Of a DNA stretch of 58,728 bases, positions 39,361 through 49,004 are shown piece after piece. The stretch is from Eubacteriales bacterium. Lineage in GTDB: Bacteria > Bacillota > Clostridia > Oscillospirales > CAG-272. The notes beneath the pieces were generated by a model. That model did not search any database. It was given only the letters and a program-made list of their open reading frames with translations, and had not been told where the DNA came from. The stretch spans positions 1 to 58,728 of the forward strand of contig JAZOSR010000082.1 in NCBI GenBank assembly GCA_045657225.1, written 5' to 3'. Positions within the stretch are counted from its first letter, which is position 1. Every line of letters starts with the position of its first letter. Position numbers and translations under genes: made by a program.

Positions 39361-40764
39361 TTATTTAACTGTCGGATCAAGCGAAAGATTGGGGAAGTAC
39401 TTGCAAAATTCCTTGAGCTCGCGGGTAACATTGCCGCGGATCTCACAGAAGTGGTGAATGTAAGGTCCGTCTATGAGGCGATCCTCGATTTTTTGCAGAT
39501 TGTCAAACTCGCCCCAAAGGTACGTGCCGTGCGTTTCGGGTCCCTCGGTGGTGCGGCAAATGAGCGGCAGGATCATGTAGTTGCCGCTTTCTTGGTCGAT
39601 TCGCGCGACGGTATACGCGCCGTCGGCAGCGCGGAACCACTCGCGCTGATTGACAAGCTCCGCGGGGCAGTCGGGTGCCTTGACGGAGAGCGGGAAGGGA
39701 CCGCAGTGCCAGAGAAGCTCGGCGTTTTTGTTTTCGGGGTGGCGCACGGTAAACTCGCCAAGGAAGGGCTTTTCTTTGCCCATCGTGGCACATTGCAGCA
39801 GTACCATGGTGAGCGCGCAGTGCATATCACTTTCGCACACCACGATATAGCCCATGTCGTTGAGGATCCCGTAAACGGCGCAGGGGGCAAGACCGTCAAA
39901 GAGCTGGGGCGTTGCCGTCCAGCACTCGGCGGAAATGATATCAAGACCGTTTTCCTCAAAGAGCTGACGGTAGGTTTCTACCAGCGTCGCCATGCGGTGT
40001 GTGTAGGCAGGGGTCAGATCGTCCATTTGATAATGACCGTAGATGAATTTTTCAATCTCGTCGATCTTATCGGCGGCATTTTTCTCCACCTCGTAAAACT
40101 TATCCTGCAAAACGGCGAGATTGATGGGCTTGATGCGCACGCCGAATTTTTCCATCAGCTCACCCTCGTTCCAGATGACCGAAAAGAAGGGGGCGGGTCT
40201 GATGCCCACCTGACCGATACGAAGCCCCTTGAAATTTTTGACCATGCACGCGACGCGCGCAAAGGAATCAAAGCCGTCCTTGAATTCGGCAGAATCAACG
40301 CGGCAGCAGGGAAGGTGGGAGAAGGGGATGTGATAGCGCTGGAATTGACGCGACACACCAAAGAGCCCGCACTGTGAGTCGGTGGGGCGCATGCCGTGCA
40401 CGTAATATTCGTCGTCAAGCGGCGCCCACAGCAAGACGGGCTTGCCGAGTGCCGCGGCAATATCAGCCGCCGCCTCCTCGTTGCCGAAGTTGCAGTTGAT
40501 GATCATGATGGCATCAACGCCCTTAGCCTTCATGCGCGCCACGGCGTCGGCGGCGGAGGCATCGTCAAAAATGAGGTCGTTGCAGCCAAGTCCCCTCGTG
40601 TCAACAAAGCTGATCTGCTCGGTTGTCATATTTTGCTCAATGTAATCGACAAAGCGATGTCCGCGCTCCTCGGCGGAAACCCAAGTAAGAAAGGTTTTGG
40701 CGGGGCGGTTGGTCGTATTGCGGCGCATCGGAATCAGTCCGATTTTTACGTTAAAATCAAGCAT
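39361..40764 (-). CDS. L-fucose/L-arabinose isomerase family protein
   Basis: 467 aa. The layout resembles FucI-family sugar isomerases: an N-terminal Rossmann-like region (IGLIPMRR ... VDAIMIINCNFGNEEA) and a C-terminal FucI-like domain. A divergent AraC regulator is adjacent. Family recall only. Confidence 0.6.
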   Translation of the reverse strand: MLDFNVKIGLIPMRRNTTNRPAKTFLTWVSAEERGHRFVDYIEQNMTTEQISFVDTRGLGCNDLIFDDASAADAVARMKAKGVDAIMIINCNFGNEEAAADIAAALGKPVLLWAPLDDEYYVHGMRPTDSQCGLFGVSRQFQRYHIPFSHLPCCRVDSAEFKDGFDSFARVACMVKNFKGLRIGQVGIRPAPFFSVIWNEGELMEKFGVRIKPINLAVLQDKFYEVEKNAADKIDEIEKFIYGHYQMDDLTPAYTHRMATLVETYRQLFEENGLDIISAECWTATPQLFDGLAPCAVYGILNDMGYIVVCESDMHCALTMVLLQCATMGKEKPFLGEFTVRHPENKNAELLWHCGPFPLSVKAPDCPAELVNQREWFRAADGAYTVARIDQESGNYMILPLICRTTEGPETHGTYLWGEFDNLQKIEDRLIDGPYIHHFCEIRGNVTRELKEFCKYFPNLSLDPTVK

Positions 40765-40942
40765 TGCTGTTCTCCCTCTTTCGTGTTTATGAGAAGATTG
40801 ATTAATTTGATTTCACTATAGTGTATTTATTAAAATATTTCAAGGCACATTCTTGCAAAAAGTGGAGAAAAGTGATATTATATTTACAAATAACCACATT
40901 TTCAGGGGGTGAATTGTCATAAAACGCTTTTGTGCCAAGGAG

Positions 40943-41716
40943 GTGGGCGTAACAGACCTCCCGCGTCACGGCGCTTTTTTTATGAATAACTGCGGCTATT
41001 ATCGCGACGTGGGGACCTCCTTTTCCGTTCTTCGCCCGAGCGGGCGATGGGATATTCATATCCTCTTTTGCGTGCGCGGTTCTATTACGGCAGAGAAAAC
41101 GCATCTTAGCGCCGGCGATATGTACGTTTACCCGCCCTACGTCCCTCAAAAATACACCTATGAGGCGGCACCCGACTCGCTTTATTATTGGGTGCATTTT
41201 GCGGGGGACGAGATGACACGGGCACTTGCGGATTTAAAAATAGAAGAGGGCGTTTATCGAACGGGCGCGCGTGCGCACGATGCGGAGCGGCTGTTTCGCC
41301 TGCTGACAAGCTCGGTTGGTGAATGGCAAGAGGGAATGGAGCAATTTTCGCGCGGGATCCTATACTCGCTTTTGGCGCTGTTGACACTCCCCTCGGCACC
41401 CTCCAACCCCTATTATCAGGCGATTAAGCTGCTTGACGATGTGAAAAGCGAGGTCAGCGTGGGGGAGCTTGCCGCACAGTATTCGCAAAGCCGCGAGCAT
41501 TTTATACGCTCGTTTCGCGGCTTTATGGGCGTGTCGCCCCATCGCTACCGACAAAAGCGGCGTATGGATCACGCGCGCATACTCCTTGCCGATACCGATC
41601 TGCCGATCTCGCGTGTTGCCGAGGAGGTTGGCTTTGCGGACGCGCAGTATTTTAGCAGGATATTTAAAAAAGAGGTGGGCGTGTCGCCGCTTACGTTCAG
41701 AAAAAGAGAAAAATAA
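40943..41716 (+). CDS. AraC family transcriptional regulator
   Basis: Cupin-like N-terminal part plus a C-terminal HTH pair (VGELAAQYSQSREHFIRSFRGFMGVSPHRY ... VAEEVGFADAQYFSRIFKKEVGVSP). The start codon is uncertain: the GTG at 40943 lies inside the SD-like AGGAGGTG. Confidence 0.8.
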   Translation: MGVTDLPRHGAFFMNNCGYYRDVGTSFSVLRPSGRWDIHILFCVRGSITAEKTHLSAGDMYVYPPYVPQKYTYEAAPDSLYYWVHFAGDEMTRALADLKIEEGVYRTGARAHDAERLFRLLTSSVGEWQEGMEQFSRGILYSLLALLTLPSAPSNPYYQAIKLLDDVKSEVSVGELAAQYSQSREHFIRSFRGFMGVSPHRYRQKRRMDHARILLADTDLPISRVAEEVGFADAQYFSRIFKKEVGVSPLTFRKREK

Positions 41717-41747
41717 GAAAAGCTCCGAATTTTCGGAGCTTTTCTTA

Positions 41748-43193
41748 TTAATTATGAACATGTATTTCGTGTATTTCCTCGTGTGTTTTCTTGGTGTTGA
41801 GGAAGTGCCGCAGCGCCAGCGCCGCGAACAAAAACTGCAGAATGCCCGTTAACGCCCAAGAGATAGGATAGGAAACATATATCATATTCAGCGTCGGGTT
41901 GGCACGGAAGAACGTGGAGATCCATACGATGCGCAAAAGACACGCGCCGACCAGCGAGATTACGGTGGAGGTCAGCGATTTGCCAAGACCGCGCAAAATG
42001 CCGCAGCCTACCTCCATCAGCGCAATGACAGCGTAGGGCAGGAAGGTAAAGAGCATACGCGTATAGGCGGCATCGTAGGCGATCGATTCAAGCGAGCCCG
42101 CGGTGCTGTTATGTACGTCATAAAGTGCGAGAAGCGGCTCGCGCAGGAAAAACAGAGAAAGGGAGAAGAATGCGGCAACAAATATACCGATGGCATAGCA
42201 GCAAGCCATCACGCGCCACACGCGTCGGTATTTGGCGGCACCGACGTTTTGGCTGGTGAAGGTGATGGCACCTTGGTAGACCGAGTTTTGCGCGGTGTAG
42301 GCAAAGCCCTCAAGATTTGCCGCGGCGGCGTTACCCTTCACAACGGGCTGGAACGCGCTGCCGGGAGGGCACAGGGCGTTGTTGACCTGCAGGATCGAGG
42401 ACTGAATGATCATGTTGGAAAGCGAAAAGAGCGATCCTTGAATTCCCGCAGGGACACCGATATAAAGAATGCTGCGGAAGGCACCGCGGTCAAAGCAGAG
42501 CTTTTTAAAGGAGAAACGGCACGCGCCCTCGTCGCGCGAAAGCTTTAGCAAAAGAAAGAAGGCAGAAAAGGCGTTGGCGATAACGGTTGCAAGCGATACA
42601 CCCTCGACCGAAAAATCAAGAACCAGCACGAAGAAGAGGTTGAGTCCTACATTGACAAGACCCGAAAGCGAGAGGATAATGAGCGGCGTTTTGGTATCGC
42701 CCTTGGCGCGGAAGATCGCAATGAGGTAGTTGGTAAGGGAAATAAACGGTACGCCCGCAAAATAGATCTTGGTGTAGAGTGTGGCGAGGTCAAGGAGCTT
42801 TCCCTCAGCACCCATCAAAGCGAGAATGGGGCGCGAAATGAAAAGACCGAGTATAGCGGAAGCACCGCCGAAAATGAGGCTCATTACCAGCGCGGTGTGC
42901 ATGGCGCGGGAAGCGCCGCGGTCGTCCCTTGCGCCAAGGTGGCGCGCGACCATCACGTTTGCGCCCGTGGCAAAGCCCATAAACACGTTGACAACAAGGT
43001 TGATAAAGGCACCCGTTACGCCAATGGCGCCGACGGCGTCCGGCTCGGGCGAGAGCCCCACCACCATCATATCCGCCGCGTTATAAAAGGTTTGGAGAAG
43101 ATTGGTTGCCATCAAGGGTAGAATGAAGATCAGGATCTTGCCAAACAAGGGACCTTCCGTCATCAAAAGCGGCTTCTTTTTCGTTGCTACCAC
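41748..43193 (-). CDS. MATE family efflux transporter
   Basis: 12-TM protein with PLFGKILIFILPLMATNLLQTFYNAADMMVVG, typical of MATE. I chose the GTG at 43193, 6 nt after GAGGAGG. Confidence 0.85.
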   Translation of the reverse strand: MVATKKKPLLMTEGPLFGKILIFILPLMATNLLQTFYNAADMMVVGLSPEPDAVGAIGVTGAFINLVVNVFMGFATGANVMVARHLGARDDRGASRAMHTALVMSLIFGGASAILGLFISRPILALMGAEGKLLDLATLYTKIYFAGVPFISLTNYLIAIFRAKGDTKTPLIILSLSGLVNVGLNLFFVLVLDFSVEGVSLATVIANAFSAFFLLLKLSRDEGACRFSFKKLCFDRGAFRSILYIGVPAGIQGSLFSLSNMIIQSSILQVNNALCPPGSAFQPVVKGNAAAANLEGFAYTAQNSVYQGAITFTSQNVGAAKYRRVWRVMACCYAIGIFVAAFFSLSLFFLREPLLALYDVHNSTAGSLESIAYDAAYTRMLFTFLPYAVIALMEVGCGILRGLGKSLTSTVISLVGACLLRIVWISTFFRANPTLNMIYVSYPISWALTGILQFLFAALALRHFLNTKKTHEEIHEIHVHN

Positions 43194-43352
43194 GTCATAC
43201 CTCCTCGGGATATGCATAATATCCCATACTATTCCCATTATATCACGCACGAGGGAAAAGTCAATTGATTTTTGAAAAATAGGCGAAAAATTTCGGCACG
43301 GCAGCTCGCCTTAAAAACGAACTGTCGTGCCAAGATAAAAATTGAAATTATT

Positions 43353-44249
43353 TTATGCGGTAACCTCGTATTTTGTAACGCCGAGAATGGTCTCGCCGTC
43401 GATCTGCAGTGCGACGGGACGGTCAAATTCAACGATCACGTGCTTGCCTGCGCGCACGTCCACCATTTTCTTGTGCTTGACGTGCTCGCCCTTGAAAATA
43501 GAGGGGAAGACCATGAGCGTATGGAGCTTGCCCGCACCGTGCATGACGGTGACGGATACGGTGTCGCGCTTATTGCGATCCTGCTGGGGTGCGGGGCGCA
43601 TACCGCCGCCGTAATAGCCGCCGACCATGGTGGGTGCGATCCATGTCTTTTTGTAGGTGCGTTCCTCGTCGTCCACCGTGACCTTTGCGCGTGTCGGCTT
43701 GAAGTGGAACAAAAGACCCTTAATGGCAATGGCGGTGTAATTGATGGTTTTAGCGCCCTCGAGGCGCAGCTTGTCGCCAACCTCGCAGCAGTAGCCGTCA
43801 ACACCAAAGCCAATGCCGTTGATGAAGCGGTAGGTCTTGCCCTTGACCGTAACGGTCGGGAGATTTTTGATCTCGTCGTTGATCTTCAGGGGCGCGTCGC
43901 CTGCTTTTTTGTCAAAATCACGCAAAAAGTCGTTGCCGTTGCCCGTTGCGTAGTAATAAAGGTCGTTTTGAACGTCAAGGTCGTAGATGGCGTTGATAAA
44001 GCGATTGAGCGTGCCGTCGCCGCCGCAGATCACCACCGTGTCGGTGGCGTCAAGCTCCTTGAAAAACGAGATGTAATCGGTGATGGTGGTAATATCGATA
44101 AAGGTGGGCTCGGCTTCGTAGTGTGAGCGCAAGGTGTCTGCCTTTTCCTTGCCCGTATTATTGGCAGAATGGGGATTGTAGAGTGCAATGATACTGTTCA
44201 TAAACGGAAGCTCCTTTATGTTTTTCGGTAATGTTGCTTTGTAGTTCAT
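43353..44249 (-). CDS. diacylglycerol/lipid kinase family protein (YegS/DagK-like)
   Basis: 298 aa with the VVICGGDGTLNRFINA catalytic-domain motif. Confidence 0.85.
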   Translation of the reverse strand: MNYKATLPKNIKELPFMNSIIALYNPHSANNTGKEKADTLRSHYEAEPTFIDITTITDYISFFKELDATDTVVICGGDGTLNRFINAIYDLDVQNDLYYYATGNGNDFLRDFDKKAGDAPLKINDEIKNLPTVTVKGKTYRFINGIGFGVDGYCCEVGDKLRLEGAKTINYTAIAIKGLLFHFKPTRAKVTVDDEERTYKKTWIAPTMVGGYYGGGMRPAPQQDRNKRDTVSVTVMHGAGKLHTLMVFPSIFKGEHVKHKKMVDVRAGKHVIVEFDRPVALQIDGETILGVTKYEVTA

Positions 44250-44329
44250 TTTACAATATATCTAATAGGTAGACGATATATAATTTACGAAAAATGTTGG
44301 AAAAACAGACAAAAAGGAGAAAATGCACA

Positions 44330-44363
44330 AAAAGGGGTGAAAGAAATTTCTTTCACCCCTTTT
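44330..44363. terminator. bidirectional terminator after rhaD
   Basis: AAAAGGGGTGAAAGAAA-TTTCTTTCACCCCTTTT hairpin. Confidence 0.8.
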
Positions 44364-44366
44364 ATA

Positions 44367-45188
44367 TCAATCAATAAATTCGCGATTAAGCGTCACGCCG
44401 AATTCCTTTGCAATGGCAAGGAGATTTTCGTCGGTAATGGTTTGCAGGACCTTGCCGCTGCTGCTCATGACGAGGTTGTAGATCTCTGCCGCCTTTTCGA
44501 TGGTGTGCATAAGGCCAAAGGTGATGTCAAAATCGGGTCCCGAGCAGAAAAGACCGTGATGTGCCCAAACGGCGGCATCAAATTTTTTCATGACCTCGGA
44601 GGTGGCAAGCGCAATGTCGGCACCGCCCGGCACCATCCACGGCACGACGCCAACGCCACCGGGGAATACCACGGGGCATTCGGTCGCGGACTGCCACAGC
44701 GCACGGCTGAAATCGCGTGCGGTGAGGGGAAGGGTATAGGTCATGGCGATGATATTGGCGGGGTGTGCGTGGTAAATGACGCGGCAAGCGCCGTTTGTTG
44801 CCGCCACGCGCACGGAGTGGTTCATAAAGTGGCTGGGGAACTCACTTGTGGGGCGCGCGCCGCCCTCAAGACCCCAAACGATGCGCCATGCGGTGCCCTC
44901 GGCATTGATCTCGACAATGCCGATCGAGTGTGCGGGGTCAAGTATTACGTTGCGGAAGAATTTGCCGCTGCCCGTGGTGAGAAAATACGAGCCGCCGAGG
45001 TTTTTACCGCAAACGCCCATATCGACCCAAGCCTCGGGTGCGCGGAAGAAGGGGCGGCAGGCGGCGACCTCCTCGTCGGTCATGCGGTAGGTCAGGTTGC
45101 CGCCGTTTCGCTCGTGCCAGCCCTGCTCCCAGCCGTCGTTGCACATACGGATATAATCTTTGATAATTTTTACGTCAAGAATGCTCAT
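44367..45188 (-). CDS. rhaD: rhamnulose-1-phosphate aldolase
   Basis: MSILDVKIIKDYIRMCNDGWEQGWHERNGGNLTYRM and HAHPANIIAMT (class II aldolase His ligands). ATG at 45188 is 9 nt after AGAGAGG. Confidence 0.9.
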   Translation of the reverse strand: MSILDVKIIKDYIRMCNDGWEQGWHERNGGNLTYRMTDEEVAACRPFFRAPEAWVDMGVCGKNLGGSYFLTTGSGKFFRNVILDPAHSIGIVEINAEGTAWRIVWGLEGGARPTSEFPSHFMNHSVRVAATNGACRVIYHAHPANIIAMTYTLPLTARDFSRALWQSATECPVVFPGGVGVVPWMVPGGADIALATSEVMKKFDAAVWAHHGLFCSGPDFDITFGLMHTIEKAAEIYNLVMSSSGKVLQTITDENLLAIAKEFGVTLNREFID

Positions 45189-45193
45189 TGTGA

Positions 45194-46444
45194 TCAACCT
45201 CTCTTTGATAAAACGTCGTTTTCATATTTTTGAATGTCGGAAAGCCAGCTTTGGTCGGCGGGCTTGCCGCAAGCGCGGCAATATTCCTCCCATACGTCGC
45301 CAAACGGGTAGGATTTCAGCTCCTCCTGCCACACGAGCAGCTCGGTAAATTTGCCCTCGTCCTGCATCTTTTGCAGCATGTCGTTCGGTTGGAGCATGGC
45401 GAAGAGCAGAGCCTTTTGCAGGTTGCGGAAGCCCGTGCACCACGCGGCGATGCGGTTGATCGAGGCGTCGAAGTAGTCAAGCGCGATGAACACGCGGTCA
45501 ATGCCGCAGCGTACGATCTCCTTGCAAAGCTCCTTCGTTTCGTCGTCATAGAGCACCACGTGGTCGGAATCCCAGCGAACACCGCGCGTGACGTGGAGCG
45601 CAAGCTTATCCTCAAAGGCAAGCACGGCGGAGATCTTGTCACTGACGACCTCGGTCGGGTGATAGTGTCCGTTATCCATAAGCGAGATGCAGTCGTCACG
45701 TCCCGCTACGTACTTCATACACCATTCGGCAGAGCCGACGGTGTAGCTCTCCACGCCAATGCCAAAGACCTTGCTTTCGACGCACGGATAGACCTTTTGC
45801 TTGTCAAAGGGCTCGGTGAGGATTTTGTCGATCGAATCCTTGTAGCGCAGGCGGGGTGAGAGGCGATCAGCAGGGGTATCCTTGTAGCCGTCACCCGTCC
45901 AGATGTTCATCACGCAAGGGGTGCCAAGCTCGTTTGCGAGATACTCCGAAATGCGTACACACGCCTTGCCGTGCTCGATCCAAAAGTCGCGGGTTTCCTT
46001 GTTGGGAGAGGACAGCGTCAGGGGATCGCAGTTTCCGTGCCCGAAGAAGGTAGGGTTAAAATCGCACCCAATGCCGTGCTTTTTGCAAAAATCCACCCAC
46101 TTTTTAAAGTGCTTGGGCTCGATTTTGTCGCGATCGACCCAGCCGCCGTTTTCCTCATCAAAAATGGCGTAGCAGGCGTGCAGATTGAGCTTGACCGTGC
46201 CGGGGACAAGGGAAATGACCTTTTCAATATCCGCCATCAGCTCGGCGGGCGTGCGCGCCTTGCCGGGATAATTGCCCGTGGTCTGAATGCCACCCGAAAG
46301 CGAGGCGTGTTTCTGGTCAAAGCCGGATACGTCATCGCCCTGCCAGCAGTGGAGCGCCACGGGCACGGTTTTTAATTTAGCAATGACGGCATCGGTATCA
46401 ATGCCGAGCGCCGCATATTTTTGTTTTGCTTCAATATAACTCAT
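45194..46444 (-). CDS. rhaA: L-rhamnose isomerase
   Basis: 416 aa with VPVALHCWQGDDVSGF ... LNLHACYA ... WDSDHVV blocks typical of RhaA. Confidence 0.93.
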   Translation of the reverse strand: MSYIEAKQKYAALGIDTDAVIAKLKTVPVALHCWQGDDVSGFDQKHASLSGGIQTTGNYPGKARTPAELMADIEKVISLVPGTVKLNLHACYAIFDEENGGWVDRDKIEPKHFKKWVDFCKKHGIGCDFNPTFFGHGNCDPLTLSSPNKETRDFWIEHGKACVRISEYLANELGTPCVMNIWTGDGYKDTPADRLSPRLRYKDSIDKILTEPFDKQKVYPCVESKVFGIGVESYTVGSAEWCMKYVAGRDDCISLMDNGHYHPTEVVSDKISAVLAFEDKLALHVTRGVRWDSDHVVLYDDETKELCKEIVRCGIDRVFIALDYFDASINRIAAWCTGFRNLQKALLFAMLQPNDMLQKMQDEGKFTELLVWQEELKSYPFGDVWEEYCRACGKPADQSWLSDIQKYENDVLSKRG

Positions 46445-46609
46445 AAAAACCTCCTGAAATACTTGTGTGGGGGTTGGTTTGTGCTATTTACAGTGTAACA
46501 TATTGACGCGTCAAAAAAAAGGCTGTTATTTTTTGTGAAAAGTTCTTTATTTTCATCTGCTTTGTCAATAATAAGGGTGTTACACAGCGCTTTTGGGGGA
46601 GGCGCTTTT

Positions 46610-46644
46610 AAAATAGCAACATATCCGAAAAAAATAGCAACATA
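46610..46644 (+). repeat. two perfect 14-bp direct repeats AAAATAGCAACATA spaced 21 bp, abutting a -35 hexamer
   Basis: Copies at 46610-46623 and 46631-46644. TTGACA begins at 46650. Confidence 0.6.
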
Positions 46645-46649
46645 ATGTA

Positions 46650-46678
46650 TTGACAATTTTATTCAGCTACAATAAAAT
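46650..46678 (+). promoter_or_regulatory. candidate promoter of the Dabb-lipoprotein operon (TTGACA-17-TAAAAT)
   Basis: Hexamers at 46650-46655 and 46673-46678. Confidence 0.55.
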
Positions 46679-46729
46679 AGAAGCATATAAGAATTGACGA
46701 CGTTCGTCGGATCGAAAGGAGGATTTTTC

Positions 46730-47026
46730 ATGGTAAAGCATATGATTATTTGGAAAATGAAGGAGGAGGTCGCCGATAAGGCGGGGACTGCCGCCGCGAT
46801 CAAGGCGGCGCTTGAGGGGCTGGTCGGTAAGATCGACGGGCTTCTTGAAATGCACATTTTAACCGAGTGCTATCCTTGCTCGGCGGGTGACGTGATGATG
46901 GATTCGGCATTTGCCGATCTTGCCGCACTTGAGGCATATCAGGCACATCCCCTTCACCAAGAGATTGCAAACGGGCTGGTGCGTCCCGTGATGGCACAGC
47001 GCCTTTCGTTTGACTTTGAGGTATGA
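46730..47026 (+). CDS. Dabb (stress-responsive alpha/beta barrel) family protein
   Basis: 98 aa: MVKHMIIWKMKEEV ... LEAYQAHPLHQEI ... RLSFDFEV. ATG at 46730 follows a GAAAGGAGG SD. Confidence 0.8.
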   Translation: MVKHMIIWKMKEEVADKAGTAAAIKAALEGLVGKIDGLLEMHILTECYPCSAGDVMMDSAFADLAALEAYQAHPLHQEIANGLVRPVMAQRLSFDFEV

Positions 47027-47997
47027 GTGGGAGCGGCATTGTGAAAATTTTTGTAAAAATGATCGCGGTCTTGCTTGTGCTGATCACGGTCGGCACGATG
47101 CTGGTTGCTTGTAAAGAGGAGCCGGAGGTGAACGTGCTGGAGGGGAAAAAGATCTGCTTTGTGGGCAATTCCTTCACTTGGTTTGGCAGATGCGTGATTG
47201 AAAAAAAGCAAGACATCCGTAAGCAGGAGTTTCGCGAGAATGACAAGGGATATTTTTATCAGCTTTGCAAGGCAAACGGCGTCAACGTTTCGGTGACCAA
47301 CTGGACGTGGGGCGGTCACAATCTTAAGGATATGTTTGGCGGCAGCTGTGCCGCGGATCGCGGCTGTGACGGGGTGGATCACCTCGCCGCACTGAAGAAT
47401 CGCTATTTCGATTACGTTGTGATCCAAGAGGGATCGGGTGCGCCCGATTTCCGTGAAATGCTTGATCTGGTCACACAGGTGTTCCGCGAGGCGAATCCCG
47501 ATGTGAAATTCATTTTTATGTCACATAACAGCGTACATACCAGCAGCAGTGAGAATTATAAAGAGGTTCGTCGCTCTCTTAAGAATCTTGATCAGCAGGG
47601 CATGATGGTTGCGGATTGGGGTGCTATGGTCGTGGATGTTTTTTCGGGAAAAACGAAGGTGCCGGGTGCCACGCAGACCTTTGACAAGAACAGCTTTATC
47701 GTCAATTGGAGCAAGTCGGACGGTTATCACCCCAATATGCTGACGGGCTATATTACCGCTGCGTGGATCTATTCGCTGATCACGGGCGAGAAGGCGGCGG
47801 GTCAGCCCTATGCGTTTTGCACCGACAAGAGCCTTAGCGGCAAATTTGATGCGGCGGCGTTTGCCAAAAAGCATTACACCTACGATGGCGCAACCACCAA
47901 CATGGAGGCGATCTTTGCCTCTGAGGCGGATATGTTGGGACTTCAGCAGCTGATCGACCAATATATTGCGGCAAAGCCGTATCTTTCTTATGAATAA
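47023..47997 (+). CDS. SGNH/GDSL-like hydrolase-fold lipoprotein (copy 1)
   Basis: Lipobox LVAC. Block I FVGNSFT, block II WTWGGHNL, block V SDGYHPNMLTGY. The start overlaps the Dabb stop (ATGA). Confidence 0.7.
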   Translation: MSGSGIVKIFVKMIAVLLVLITVGTMLVACKEEPEVNVLEGKKICFVGNSFTWFGRCVIEKKQDIRKQEFRENDKGYFYQLCKANGVNVSVTNWTWGGHNLKDMFGGSCAADRGCDGVDHLAALKNRYFDYVVIQEGSGAPDFREMLDLVTQVFREANPDVKFIFMSHNSVHTSSSENYKEVRRSLKNLDQQGMMVADWGAMVVDVFSGKTKVPGATQTFDKNSFIVNWSKSDGYHPNMLTGYITAAWIYSLITGEKAAGQPYAFCTDKSLSGKFDAAAFAKKHYTYDGATTNMEAIFASEADMLGLQQLIDQYIAAKPYLSYE

Positions 47998-48011
47998 GGA
48001 GCGTGAATGAA

Positions 48012-48962
48012 ATGAAGGGTATTTTGAGATGCGTTTCTTTTTTGCTTGTGCTCTTGATGCTGTGGGGCGTTTTGGTCGCCTGCAAGGGAGAAGAGCCCGT
48101 GCCAAACGCGCTTGAGGGCAAGAAGGTCCTCTTTATCGGCAATTCATATACCTATTACGGCAGATGTGTGATCGAGAAGAAGCAAAGCGTGCAAAAGCAA
48201 GAGTTTCGCGAGAATGACGAGGGGTATTTTTATCAGCTTTGCAAGGCAAACGGTGTGAACGCATCGGTTACAAACTGGACTTGGGGCGGGCATAATTTGG
48301 AGCATCTGTTTGGTGGAAATTGCTCGGCGGATCGCGGTTGCGACGGTCTTGACCATACAAAGTCCTTGAAGGATCGCTATTTTGATTACGTGGTGATTCA
48401 AGAGGGCTCGGGTCCCTCGGGACATTTCCATTCTATGATCGATAAGGTCATTAATTTGTTCAGAGAAGCCAATCCGAACGTGCAGTTCGTACTGATCGCG
48501 CACCACAGCAATTATACCAGCACCAACGCCAATTATCAAGAGGTGCGTGCCTCGCTGAAGGATATGGCAGCGCGCGGTATGATCATTGCTGATTGGGGCA
48601 GAATGACCAGCGACATCTATGAAGGAAGAACACAGGTGCCGGGTGCGACGCAGACCTTTGTGAAGGATAGCTTTGTGGTGCATTGGCCGGGTGACAATTA
48701 TCATCCCAATATGCTGACGGGCTACATTACGGCACTTTGGGTCTATTCGGTGATCACGGGCGAAAAAGCAGAGGGACAGCCCTATGCCTTCTGCACCGAC
48801 AAGAGCATTAACAGCAAGTTTGACATTGATGCCTTTGTGAAAAAATACTATACTGAGGGAGAAACCAACATAAAGGAAATCTTTTCCTCCGAGGCGGATA
48901 TGAAGGGCATTCAGCAGCTGATCGACACGTATATCGCGAGAAAGCCATATCTTGATTCATAA
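48012..48962 (+). CDS. SGNH/GDSL-like hydrolase-fold lipoprotein (copy 2, tandem paralog)
   Basis: Lipobox LVAC. FIGNSYT, WTWGGHNL and GDNYHPNMLTGY blocks. Collinear with copy 1, with long identical stretches (EFRENDxGYFYQLCKANGVN, RYFDYVVIQEGSG, VPGATQTF, GQPYAFCTDKS). Confidence 0.7.
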   Translation: MKGILRCVSFLLVLLMLWGVLVACKGEEPVPNALEGKKVLFIGNSYTYYGRCVIEKKQSVQKQEFRENDEGYFYQLCKANGVNASVTNWTWGGHNLEHLFGGNCSADRGCDGLDHTKSLKDRYFDYVVIQEGSGPSGHFHSMIDKVINLFREANPNVQFVLIAHHSNYTSTNANYQEVRASLKDMAARGMIIADWGRMTSDIYEGRTQVPGATQTFVKDSFVVHWPGDNYHPNMLTGYITALWVYSVITGEKAEGQPYAFCTDKSINSKFDIDAFVKKYYTEGETNIKEIFSSEADMKGIQQLIDTYIARKPYLDS

Positions 48963-48971
48963 CAAAAAAGG

Positions 48972-48999
48972 ACCGCCGTGTGCAGCTGCACACGGCGGT
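48972..48999. terminator. bidirectional terminator
   Basis: ACCGCCGTGTGCAG-CTGCACACGGCGGT palindrome between convergent genes. Confidence 0.7.
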
Positions 49000-49004
49000 T
49001 ATCT

